Assembly (NCBI RefSeq): GCF_001194135.2
Contig: NC_068990.1
Location: 60,819,599-60,883,598, forward strand
DNA: 64,000 nucleotides
Reading direction: 5' to 3'
From: Octopus bimaculoides
Lineage: Eukaryota
Shown: positions 21,610-34,110 of the stretch, one piece after another
How the letters are laid out: the number at the start of each line of letters is the position of its first letter
Position numbering within the stretch: the stretch's first letter is position 1
Made by a program: the position numbers and the translations under genes
The notes under the pieces: model-generated
What the model was told of the DNA's origin: nothing
The model's database searches: none
What the model saw: the letters and a program-made list of their open reading frames with translations, nothing else

Positions 21610-24600
21610 CTAATGTGATATTTAATTCAACAAATTATTTGTCTCACTATTTAATTCAGCGAATTAGATAGTGAGACAACCATGATAAATGTTGTTAGCT
21701 AAGTGCGAGCCACTTCATCTTGAACTCATTGGACTGAGCAATTTTTCTGTATGAGACAAGTGCAGTGATATGCACGCTTGATGTGAATGAACCATGAATG
21801 CTGGGTGAAAAGGTGTTGTTTGCTTTTGGTGGACAGTATACGTGGGAAAAGATGGATGAATAAGTAGTTGGTTGGTCAGTGTTTAGGATGTTTGAGCTCA
21901 CAGAAGATATGACAAAAGTATTGTGCTATGTAACAGCCTTTTCCAAACATGATAGAAAAATAGGAGAGAGGCAGAGTGAGAGGAAACAACCAATAAGGAT
22001 AATGATAACCATGGTGGCATAAGAGGCTATTGCGGCATGCTGTTATAACAAACTGAAATCTTAATGACTTGTAGGCACACGGTATTTCATTATGCAACCA
22101 TAATATACAATAAAATATATTAAACATTTTTATAAGTCAATACCATTTTCTACTGTGTTAGCAGTGCACTTTATGTCACTTGTTAGGGTTATCTCTACAG
22201 ATATTCTAGAGAAATTATAGCCAACTCTGATTTTTCTTACGATGTTTTGTATCCAAGATGTCAGATGTAAGCAAACATGAGACTGAAGGTGAAAAAAGGG
22301 TAATGGGCATACATGCCATATTTTGGGAGTTTTTGCTCCTTCATCAGCAACCATCTAACCCTTTAACCATCCATGAACACATTGCTTAAATAGCCACTAA
22401 ATACAGTGGTGATGAAACTGAAATTAACAACACTGATTGTATATATATTTGTCTCCAGAAGAATTTATCATAAGGTGATGTAGAGGAATATATAAAAATA
22501 ACAAAGAAATCTAGCATATTTACAAGAGTTCCAATTCTAAAGTGTTGTGACATGAAAATCTTGCATTTTGAATTTGCATTGCTGACTTTATTAATCTTAA
22601 TGAGAAATTATCAAAATATCGTTTTAAAATAGTTAAGAGGAATTTGTATTGCAATTTGTTTTACTTTTAAAAAATTGGTATAAGATCAAATCCATACAGT
22701 TAATATATCAATAACGTAAAAGTATATTGAAAAATTGTGATTTGTAAGGAAACATTTATGTGTTGATAAGACATTTGGCATATCTATTATAGTATTTTCA
22801 GTAGAATGTCAATTTAATGCATGTTCTATTTATCATAGAAAAAAAAACTGTACAGGTCTTGGTAAAAATCCTTTTGTAATTGTGCTTTAAATTTCCATGT
22901 TACTATATAACTTTGCTGGTACTTTTCTCGATATGTTGATAATCTTCTATCGTTACTTACACAAAATTATTTTTGAACAAACTATTTTTAAAAAACAGTT
23001 CCAGATCATTAATGTTGCTTTTGTTTTTTCTTATTTTAAATGTAATATACCTTCAAAAAGTTGGCAGAATATTATTCATTTGTAGTAGTTATTNNNNNNN
23101 NNNNNNNNNNNNNNNNNNNNNNNNNNNNNNNNNNNNNNNNNNNNNNNNNNNNNNNNNNNNNNNNNNNNNNNNNNNNNNNNNNNNNNNNNNNNNNNNNNNN
23201 NNNNNNNNNNNNNNNNNNNNNNNNNNNNNNNNNNNNNNNNNNNNNNNNNNNNNNNNNNNNNNNNNNNNNNNNNNNNNNNNNNNNNNNNNNNNNNNNNNNN
23301 NNNNNNNNNNNNNNNNNNNNNNNNNNNNNNNNNNNNNNNNNNNNNNNNNNNNNNNNNNNNNNNNNNNNNNNNNNNNNNNNNNNNNNNNNNNNNNNNNNNN
23401 NNNNNNNNNNNNNNNNNNNNNNNNNNNNNNNNNNNNNNNNNNNNNNNNNNNNNNNNNNNNNNNNNNNNNNNNNNNNNNNNNNNNNNNNNNNNNNNNNNNN
23501 NNNNNNNNNNNNNNNNNNNNNNNNNNNNNNNNNNNNNNNNNNNNNNNNNNNNNNNNNNNNNNNNNNNNNNNNNNNNNNNNNNNNNNNNNNNNNNNNNNNN
23601 NNNNNNNNNNNNNNNNNNNNNNNNNNNNNNNNNNNNNNNNNNNNNNNNNNNNNNNNNNNNNNNNNNNNNNNNNNNNNNNNNNNNNNNNNNNNNNNNGCCA
23701 AAAAAAATTATTGATGTTTAAATATTTCTTTCTGTTTCTGTCTAGGTTTTAACCATTTTATAAATAAATATTCCAAAGTATTAATACCCAAACATATTTA
23801 CTAATTTGATTTAGACTTCTCATCGCAAGATAAAAAGTGTTCTTTTGCACCTTTTGTCTGGCACTGAAAACTTCAATTAAACTTAGCCTAAAAATGCAAG
23901 TTACTTTATGCATGTATATATTAGTCTGCTTTTGTATAATAATAATAATAATGATAATAATAATAATAATAATAATAATAGCTGAAAAAATTGGAATTTT
24001 TTTGTAAAATTATTGTAATATCAAAAGATTAATTATTGAAAGAAAAAAAAACACAGATTATATCTTATTCATCTAAAATTATATTGGGAACATTAAATTT
24101 TGTTTGATTTACTCACAAATACTGCTCAGATTGATTGTCAAAGAAATTGATTTTCATCAAAGAAAAATGAAATCAGTACTATATTCTTATTAAAAAAATG
24201 ATATTTTAAAATTTCATTGGTATTTTTGAACCAATCAGAAGAAAGTTAAACTAGCAAAAACGTAGGGAAAACAATACTACAAAACAGAAAAAAAAATTTA
24301 CTATCTAAGTAAATTTTTCAAATTGTTTTACATGATGATGATGGGGCAATGTTAGTGATTGTTTTTTGTTTTATTGCTTTATTTAATATAAAATAGATTA
24401 TGGAAAAAATCTTTCATTTTGTTAGCAATTTGAAATTGAATTTATTCAAACTGGATAATAACAGATTTTGGTGGTACACAATAGTAATTTAAAAAAAGAG
24501 ATATATGTGAATGGAATATAAAGGAAAGACAAAATGAATATTAAAATCAAAGAGATTAGTTGTTCAAAGTAGCAAAATATTGGTATAATTTACAATCTAC

Positions 24601-25458
24601 TTCTATTTACCCTCTTTTGTTTCACATACTGTAGCTAATATTAAATGTTTTGACATACTGATTTTGTTATCTTGGCAAGAATAGAGAGAAAAAAAGAATG
24701 ACTTAGAAAGCAATTACATCTTCTTCGGAATTATTGAATGGGGTATCTGTTAAATATGGAGCAAGTAAAACTATTTAAATTCAACAAAATTAATAATCGT
24801 CTGTACTCATTTATCTATTTAAAGAACACATTCTGAAAACCAAAGAATCTATTTTAAAGTAACATTCCTATACATGATGAAAGTACATAATTCTTAAGTG
24901 TATTATTTCCTTCTGAATAGCAATAAATAAATATTACATACCTCCAGAAGGACAGTTAATAAAAATTGAATATGCATTGAACAAAATGAAGATTATCTTT
25001 TAGAAAAGAACGTTTTTCAGTGCCAGAAACAGTGTGTTTAGTTCTACAATCATGTAATTAACACTATTAAAATGAAGGACAGCATAATATCATATAAGAT
25101 ATAAATAGATAATAAATTTGGTATTTAAGTGTGTAACTACCAGTTTCTTTCTATGGAGAAGAATGTTCCATAACATTTTTCAAACCTTCTGAAATTAACA
25201 ATATATCATTATGTTGGACACATCCATTAATGGTTACAGTTATTTTCTTTAGTTTCTTCATTCCATAAATCTTTGAGAGCCACATGTAAGAATCTGTTGT
25301 TTTGTATTTTTCTTTACCTGCCTAATCTAAATTTGTTTTACAATTCAATTTAGTTTTAGAATTAATTTCAGAATATTTTATTTTCTTCACTGCTGGCTGG
25401 CTGATCTAGCTGTCCAATTTCAAAGTTTGATTCAAATGAGAAAATGTTTTCATTATAG

Positions 25459-25590
25459 GATTATTTCTATCACAGAAAATGGCTTATATTTTGCTAGAAT
25501 ACATTATTTTGTAAAGGAGCAATTTGAACACAGTTTAATCCCATTGGAGAAATATACATACATATGTATTCCTATAGTGAACAAATCGAG
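25459..25590 (+). CDS. Candidate internal exon, PH-like beta strands
   Basis: ttttcattatag|G ... TCGAG|gtaatt; 132 nt, phase 2 to 2, one open frame: (R)IISITENGLYFARIHYFVKEQFEHSLIPLEKYTYICIPIVNKS(R). T-x-NGLYF and IPL-x-x-Y resemble PH beta2-beta4. Confidence 0.5.
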
Positions 25591-26949
25591 GTAATTATTA
25601 GCTTAACAGATTTTCCTTGTTTATGATTTTTTTTTGCTACTTTTGAGGAAGATAGTTATCTAGGGAAATTCATAGTTAACTAGGAAACTGAAAAAAAGCC
25701 TGTCATACATTTCATATATATATGTATGTGTGTGTATATATATATANNNNNNNNNNTTTTTGCTACTTTTGAGGAAGATAGTTATCTAGGGAAATTCATA
25801 GTTAACTAGGAAACTGAAAAAAAGCCTGTCATACATTTCATATATATATGTATGTGTGTGTGTTTCTTTTGTTTGTCCACCCCCACCACTTTGTTTACAT
25901 TTCTGTAACTTAGCAGTTTGCCAAAAGAGCCCGATAGAGTAAGTGCCAGACTTAAAAAAAGGACAAGGTATGATGTGTTCGACAAAAATTCTTCAAGTTA
26001 ATGATAAAAGATAAAAGGTGGTATTGTTAACTTCTCAAGGTTGGTATCATTTAGTAGAAGAAGATGAAATATTCATCCACACCATTTTCTCTTCTGAGAC
26101 TAAAATTCTTTACATAACAGTTCTGGAGATCAAATGATAATCACACGGATTCTATTATCCATCAGACCATTTGCTTTGAGATTTCATAGATAAAATTATT
26201 ATATATATATATATATATGCTTGTTTATATGTATGCATATGTGCAAGTGTGTGTGTATTTAAAAAAAAATGTTTTATACTGTTTCATGCATTTAACTTCA
26301 TCACCATTATATTAACCCTGAATCTTCCATGCTTGTGTGGTTCACAAAGAATTCATGGAGGTAGATTTTGTATGGCTTTCCTGTCTCTGTCCCTCCCCTG
26401 TTTGCAGCAAAAGGAATTTTTGGAACTTTTGTCAATTAATATAGTTCTTTACTTAGATTATTTCAAACTGAATCCAAGTGTTAAAATCTAGAAACAACCA
26501 AGAATAATGTATCACTAACACATACATGTTATACACACGTGCATGCATGCACACACATGCTCGCATGCATGTGTGCACACACACGCGCACAAACACACAC
26601 ACATACATGTTAGTGATACATTATATTTGTTTGTTTCCGTATTCTGACATTTGGACTTATATATACACATACACATGTATCTATTTACATATATATGTGC
26701 ACATACACTTAGATAAATTAGAAAGGTAAGTGGGTGGGTTTAGACGGGTAGACAGTTTGGTGGGTACACTTTAAGACTAAGACAAGAAAATTATGCATTA
26801 TATTTATATATTGTTATGCATATTTATGTGAATATCTATGTTTCTTGAAATTTTTCTGATAAAGGAGTAAATGTAGCGTATGTGTGTGTGTGTACATACG
26901 TGTGTGTGTGCATGCGTGTGTGTGTGTACAGATGTACATATGTACACAC

Positions 26950-27060
26950 GTGGCTGTGTAGTAAGGAGCTTGAGCAAGTGTCTTCTACTATGGCCTCAGA
27001 CCTACCATGGCCTTGTGAGAGGATTTTGTTAATGGAAACTGAAAGAAGTCTGTCATATAT
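26950..27060 (+). mobile_element. SINE family A, 5' half running into microsatellite and gap
   Basis: gtggctgtgtagtaag..gagcaagtgtcttctactatggcc..ggaaactgaaagaag. Confidence 0.75.
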
Positions 27061-27106
27061 ATATATATATATAACACACACACACATGCACACATACATA
27101 TATATG

Positions 27107-27139
<33 letters not shown>

Positions 27140-27593
27140 GTATCTATGTATATATATCTTTGTGTATNNNNNNNNNNNNNNNNNNNNNNNNNNNNNNNNN
27201 NNNNNNNNNNNNNNNNNNNNNNNNNNNNNNNNNNNNNNNNNNNNNNNNNNNNNNNNNNNNNNNNNNNNNNNNNNNNNNNNNNNNNNNNNNNNNNNNNNNN
27301 NNNNNNNNNNNNNNNNNNNNNNNNNNNNNNNNNNNNNNNNNNNNNNNNNNNNNNNNNNNNNNNNNNNNNNNNNNNNNNNNNNNNNNNNNNNNNNNNNNNN
27401 NNNNNNNNNNNNNNNNNNNNNNNNNNNNNNNNNNNNNNNNNNNNNNNNNNNNNNNNNNNNNNNNNNNNNNNNNNNNNNNNNNNNNNNNNNNNNNNNNNNN
27501 NNNNNNNNNNNNNNNNNNNNNNNNNNNNNNNNNNNNNNNNNNNNNNNNNNNNNNNNNNNATATATTTATATACAGCTTGTAGCACAGTACCCA

Positions 27594-27621
27594 TTAGGGT
27601 TACGGTTAGGGTTTAGGGTTA
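27594..27621 (+). repeat. Short degenerate TTAGGG array
   Basis: TTAGGG TTACGG TTAGGG T TTAGGG TTA. Confidence 0.6.
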
Positions 27622-27626
27622 TTATT

Positions 27627-27858
27627 TAGGCAGCGAGCTGACAGTAACGTTAGTGCGCTGGGTGAAATGCTTAGCGCTATTTCGTCTGCCGTGATGTTCT
27701 GAGTTCAAATTCCGCCGAGGTCGAGTTTGCCTTTCATCCTTTTGGGGTCGATAAATTAAGTACCAGTTACACACTGGGGTCGATGTAATTGACTTAATCC
27801 CTATGTCTGTCCTTGTCTGTCTCCTCTATGTTTAGCCCCTTGTGGGCAATAAAGAAAT
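27627..27858 (+). mobile_element. SINE family D, relatively young with CpGs retained
   Basis: ggcagcgagctg..gagttcaaattccgccgaggtcgagtttgcctttcatccttttggggtcgataaattaagtaccagt. Confidence 0.88.
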
Positions 27859-27954
27859 AAGAAATATTGTTTAGGTTTATTTAAATGTAAATTGTTGTTC
27901 GATATTTAATTCTAGCTTAACCAACAGTAAATTTAATGCTTATTTTTTTTAAGT

Positions 27955-28140
27955 GTGACCATTCTGGGGCATCATATTGAAGGGGTTTTAGATGAATGAA
28001 TCAACCCCAGTACTTATTTTTTTAAAATCTGGTAATTCTTCTGTTGGCTCCTTTTTGCCAAATTGCTAAGTTATGGGAATGTAAACAAACCAACACTGGT
28101 TGTCAAGTGTTGGTGGGGGTTGGGGTGGGACAGACACACA
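27955..28140 (-). mobile_element. SINE family A, 3' half
   Basis: Reverse complement of 8490-8660. Confidence 0.72.
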
Positions 28141-30469
28141 TGCACATATGCATACATACATAGTGAAGTTGCATGACTCAATGGTTAGGGCATCAGGTTT
28201 ACAATCATGGCGTAATGAGTTCAATTCCCGGGCCAGAATCATGTGGCTAGGAAGCAACTGAGGGTTTATACAGTCATGCCTGCACTTATATATCTAAGAA
28301 TAAAATTGATGCTCATATGTTAGCCTTAGTGATGAGAAAAATCATTTTCTAAATAATTAACTCTGGTAAAAGGAAACAAAGGAGACAATTCTGAAGTTAC
28401 TTTTAATTCATATGTATTGCCAAGAAGTTACAAATCTGATCTTCATTACTACTATAACAACTCCAGATATGCAATGTTATTACCAGTTCAAATATGTTTG
28501 TGGTATGTTTGAACTCATAAGCAAACCATTCACTATGTTTTGTCATGGAGAAAATTTCTTGCTGCAGACAAATGGGGTCCAGATATATTTTGGTCTTACT
28601 GGATGTCTTTAAGCAAAGCTTTGCGAATGAATACAGTGTATCATTTTTGTATCTGAGTCTATAAGTTAGAAGAATATCCAGTAATACATACCCAGGGATA
28701 CCTGCTAGCTGTGTATTTAACCTTGTTCTCAAATATTTTGGATGGTTATTCCCTTCTACAGAAAACACAAATCTTACGAGTGAAAGACAATAACTTTAAC
28801 CTATTGTAGCCTCATTCAGCTTTGATGCTATCAGCATTATGAACAGTCTAGCAGAGTGTTTGTAGTTCTGATGGCATCAAAGTGTTTGAATATTAGTCAC
28901 TGACCGTAATTAATCATCCAGTAGTTTAGATTGTGGAATGAGCATATAAGGAAAGTTAGTTAATAACATTATAAAGCGTATGCTTATTAATTCTCTCCTG
29001 GTCATTATCTGCTTTGTAAACATATAGTTAAGCAGGGAGTAATGTGATGAGTTAAAACAATATCAAGAATTAATTTTAAGTTAGGTTGAGTAAAAAGCCT
29101 GTCTTGTGTGTGTGTGTGTGTCTTTGTGTCTGTGTTTGTCCCTTTAGTTGACCTTGGTGAGATTCGAACTAAGAACATAAAGAGTTGTAAATATCTATCT
29201 ATCACATGGCATGTTGTTTGACACACATAGTTCTGCTAATTCACTGTCTATGCTGGTGTCACATAAAAAGCATCCAGTATGCTCTATAAAGTGGATGGTA
29301 TTAGGAAGGGCATCTGGCTGAAAAAAACATCACCACTTGGCAACCAGTGTTGGTGTATTTATGTCTTCATGACTAAGTGGTTTGGTAAAAGAGACCAATA
29401 GAATAAGTATCAGCCTTTAAAAGAAAAGTATGAACTGGGTCAATTCATTCAACTGAAATCCTTCAAGGTGGCACCCCAGCTTGTTTGCAGTCTAATGATT
29501 GAAACCAGTAAGAAATAAAAGAAAAGATAGAAGTTCTGCACAGGATAGGCAAGAGAGATAACTCTGAATTCCAGTTGAAGTAAAATTGAATAAAAGCTTG
29601 TTATGGGAAGTGAGTCTGATCTCCCCCCCCCCCACTCCACCGTGGCAAATAGAGATATGTTTCAATCTTATCTGATCTCTTTAAAAGAAGTATTACCAGT
29701 ACTTGCTAGATGACTGAGAGATATAAAGATTTGGAGGGAATTAACATTGACAGGTCTGATAAGTTAAAAGTAAAGAGAATAATAAACAAAATACATAGTT
29801 GTGACTGTGCAGAATGAGACCCAACTAAGTCAAAATTGCAATTGTTTGGTTGTTAGACCTAGATGTCTTTTATTGTGGATTATTACTAAAAAAATATTTA
29901 AGGGAATGGCTAATTAACTGTTTTTATCAGGATATTTTTGATTATTCCTTTCATTTTACTTATGTATTGTGGAGCAGAACTTTTGAAAGAAATTTGGCAG
30001 GATCAAACGAGACTGTTTTGAGGCGCAACAAGGATGGGTTCTCTCAGAATTAAAGGATGGATGGCAAGATTACTTTTAGGAAGAGGCAAAGAGACACAAT
30101 ACATAGTCACAGGTCACCACCTCGGTTTGCCAGTACCCCCTCTGGTGTACTGACTGAAACCAATCTCTTTCTTATTGGCTCTTGGGGTGGGGTGGAATTT
30201 ATTTCATATTTACTTTATTATTGCATTAATATTAAATATAAATCTTAACAATAGGCACAAGACCATAAATTTGCAGAGAGAGATTAATCAATTAAGTCAA
30301 CCCTTGTATTTTACTGCAGTTTTGAGAAAGGGATTTAGTTGGTAATGTTGACTTAAAACTTGAATGGAACTTTATTTTATCAACCCTAAAATAAAGAACA
30401 GCTAAGTTGACCTAAGTGAGATTTAAACTAAAAACATAAAGAACTGTAAATATCTACATATAACATGAC

Positions 30470-30700
30470 TTGTTGTTTGGCACACTTATAGGTCTGCTAA
30501 TTCCCTGTCCATTTGGTGCCACATAAAGAACACCCAGTACACTCTGTAAAGTGGTTGGCATTAGGAAGGGCATCCAGCTGTAGAAACCATCCCAAAAGCA
30601 GACAATGGAGCCAGTGCAGCTCTCTGGTTTGCCAGCCCCTGTTAAACCATCCAACCATGCCAGTATAAACGACAGATTTTAAATGATGATGATGATGATT
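30470..30700 (+). mobile_element. Family F element with (GAT)n tail
   Basis: ggtgccacataaagaacacccagtacactctgtaaagtggttggcattaggaagggcatccagctgtagaaac..ccatgccag..aaatgatgatgat. Confidence 0.82.
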
Positions 30701-30779
30701 TAATTTATTTCCTAAATAAATATTTCTTATATAAAAATAATTCTTATTCTTAATGTTGAATTTTTTAAATATGTATTTG

Positions 30780-30852
<73 letters not shown>

Positions 30853-33069
30853 GTATATGTATGTATGTGTGTGTATCTGAATATTACATAATGTATGTAT
30901 TTCTGTGTATCTTGTACTTTAAACTAACTTTCAAATATTTCATAAATAATAATTAACAATTATAATCTATTGTAGTACTCAAATAATTTTCAAGTGTGGT
31001 ATATTTGTGTTAGTTCTATACTATATAAAATAAAAGAACTGAAAACTTCAGCACTTGCAATAATCCATCCATTACTGTGTGTTTGAAAAATTGCTGCATA
31101 ATTCTAATTTTGTATTTTATTCCTCACGTGAATTTTTCACATTTCATAAAAATGCTTTGAACATTATCTAAACAACTGTATGTAAATCCTTATCTCTGCA
31201 TCTGCATTATAAAGTGATATTTCAACACTTGAAAGATAATACAAAAATGAGAGGAACTTAGTAAATACTAGAAGGTATCAAAAAATGATTTCTGAATATA
31301 CAATGGAAATGTAAACTAATTGAAGAATCATTAATAACAACAAAAGTCTTCATTAATTTAGCAAGTCTCAAGTACATGGTATAAGTACAAAGTTATTGTC
31401 AAAAAAAAAAAAAAAAAAAAAAAAAATGAAATAAATTTCTCTACCATTACAACTGAAAATCAGAACTTAGCAGAACTCAATGTTTTGATTATGATTTTTT
31501 TTATAGCCACAACAACTTGAAGTGATACAAAAAAAAAAAATGAAGCTTACTCTAATGATTACAAATAGAGAGACAATAGCATAGAATGTAAAAAACAAAA
31601 ACAAAAAAAAACAAAAACATTGACAAATTATGAAGAGAGGGATTAAAAGATGTTATTCAGTATATGGAATGCCATATAAAGAAATTTAAAGCTATACACA
31701 TATCTACATATATATACATATATATGCACACATGTATGCACAACCACATAAATTTTAGAAAATAAAAAAATACAATAAAACACTTAACTGAAGCAAGATA
31801 TGGTGTAAAGGTGTAAGATGAAAGATTTCTCCAGTTAAGTTGAGCTGGTTAGTCTATGACTCTGCTCACTTGACCATTTCTTCAATTGTATTTTTGAGTG
31901 CAACCGAATGCAGTATTGAGCATTTATTTTTGTAATATTTAGTATTGAAAGACATCAAATCAATCCCTGGAAAGTATTTTTAAAAGTTTGTCTTAATTTA
32001 ATTTTCCTTGTAATCTTGTTGTTTATATTTGCATAATTTTCAACCTGCATTATTAAATCTGTGGCTTCACAGATGTATATTGTTGATCAACTGTTTAAAT
32101 TTTAAAGAATGGTGAAGTTTAGTTCACCTTCATCCTCTGCATATTCCTTGTTATTTTTTGGGGGAAGGATTACTTTTGTGATATTTTTCTCTTTCTTCCT
32201 TTCATATTTTCATCTGTAATTGTTTCTTTCTCATCACACAATGGAAGTGTGCTACAAAAGGTTGTTACTTTTAGGGAACAAGGCATTTTCTCATTGATTT
32301 GTGATACTGGACCTAAAGATATTTCCATGTTACTATATAACTTTGCTGGTACTTTTCTCGATATGTTGATAATCTTCTATCGTTACTTACACAAAATTCT
32401 CTGGAAACTCTTAGCTCTGTCATTCGTTTTGTTACTGCTGATTTTCATTATTTTTGTTTTCCTTGATTTTGCTTAAACTTCTTGTTCTTCCAGCATTAAG
32501 GCATGTATTACTCCAACAAATACAATAAGACTATGTTTTCCATCTTGTATCATCAACTTCATATTCCTCACTTCTGCATCTTTCACTGGGCACAGCTTTG
32601 GCACAACTCTGGCCTTTGGGAGTCATTTAGACTTGCAAGTCAATTTAGACACCCTTCACCACAACTCACTTTCCTTTAAGGTGGCATTTATCACTCTTCC
32701 TTACTGTGAAAAAAAAAAAAAAAAGAAAAAAATGACATAAGTCTACATCATGTTCCTTTTCTCTTATTATGATTCTTGTGCTTTCTGTAACCCATCTACT
32801 GGGGCACAGATATATGGTCAGAAGTATATCTGACAATTTCAGCCTCTGTTTTGATTGTGTTTTCACTTTAAAAGTACAGCAGATAGTGCTGTTTTCATTT
32901 GAGATTATTTCTCCTGCTATGTCCTTGTTGTACTATTTGATATGAGGTAAAATTTAATCTGCTTCTGTCTTCTTATAAGCAGAATTATATAATTTTTCTC
33001 TTTGCTCTTTCCTAAATTATCTGTTGTGGCAAAGAAATGCTGTTGGGTTTTACAAAATGCAGAAGTTAT

Positions 33070-33440
33070 AAGATGAAGACAACTGAGATGTGGCATGAAC
33101 ACCAGATAAACATGGTCACTGACAACAATGATGTTACCATCCTCTGAGATAGGCCTGTCCATGCTGTGAAAGATAAAAGTCAACAAGCTTGGCATTGTTA
33201 TCCAGGACAAGGACAGGATGTGTATACTTACAGATATTGCAACACCTTTCAAAACACAACACCACTATGAAAGTCACAGAAGCTGACCAAGTAAAAAGAC
33301 AAAAACCTTAAGATCAAAATTAACAAGATGTGGAACATGAAGACCAAAATAATATCAGTGGTCATTGGAGTGCTAGGACTCATGAAGAATGAGTTATGGA
33401 AGCATCACCTTGAAGCAGATTGAGAAAATGTGAAACTTCA
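33070..33440 (+). mobile_element. R4/Dong-like RLE LINE endonuclease fragment, decayed
   Basis: MWHEHQINMVTDNNDVTIL*DRPVH..IKVNKLGIVIQDK..CILTDIATP..LKIKINKMWNMKTKIISVVIGVLG. Confidence 0.8.
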
Positions 33441-33984
33441 TTAAATTCTAAAATTGAAATGAGTTGGATATAAGACATGCAAGTGAAATCGCCGACAGTT
33501 TACATTGGTTTTTCCTGGCTGGTCTATGTTGGATAGTTTTCCTGAGGCACAGTTTTACAGCTAGAGGCTCTTCCTGCCTTCAGTTCTTTCAGTCACCTCT
33601 TATGACACACAAGTATACAGTGTGTCTATTCTAAACCAAGGGAATTCATGGTATGGGTACAAAAGTGTAAACAGTACCTAAAATAGTTGGAGTACAAGGT
33701 GTGGAAAAGATAAACAAAAGCAAAACATTAAAAAAAAAAACTCAACTGGGCTCACAACTCTATACTCAGTCCATAACACCACCCTGCTAAGCACAACCCG
33801 CATCCTATGCAAAACACCTTCACTTCAGTCACACTAGTCATATAATATATTCTGTATATTCTGTACATAACACATCATATTCCTTATATAATCACTACCC
33901 AATAAAATAAATGGTAATTTGGTCAAGTAACATGACACTATGACATCATAACTCTAGCAATTACAGTCATGCTTGGATGAACTC

Positions 33985-34110
33985 CACCTTTGTATAGGAA
34001 GACTTCAAAAGAGGTGATTGAGAACCATCATGCAATGGGCAGAGAGGAAGATGGGAGAGAACATGTGGCTGGCTGATGACTGGGAAAGATGGAAAGAGGA
34101 GATTACTATG
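33985..34110 (+). mobile_element. Short RTE 3' ORF remnant
   Basis: GRLQKR*LRTIMQWAERKMGENMWLADDWERW resembles RGRPxxRW.....W.......AxDRxxW. Confidence 0.45.

Noticed and set aside
19200-21610. CRISPR-like repeat-spacer look of (ATT)n separated by unique blocks
   Set aside because: The repeats are variable-length microsatellites and the spacers are retroposons; eukaryotic context with no cas genes.
22201-22266. Phase 2-2 exon candidate (RYSREIIANSDFSYDVLYPRCQ) as the next PH exon
   Set aside because: It lacks the expected Trp and lies in a region that looks like decayed element sequence; splice signals alone are insufficient.
21620-22360. Minus-strand VYCPP motif as a Jockey-type AP endonuclease
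   Set aside because: Only one short motif; the other catalytic motifs are not recognisable.
25631-25860. 104-bp direct duplication (25631-25734 and 25757-25860)
   Set aside because: Identical copies straddle a 10-N gap, which is the typical unmerged contig overlap artefact.
32670-32703. 34-nt minus-strand micro-exon (poly-T cag| ... |gtgagt)
   Set aside because: The acceptor comes from a poly-A run, the peptide is uninformative and there is no partner exon.
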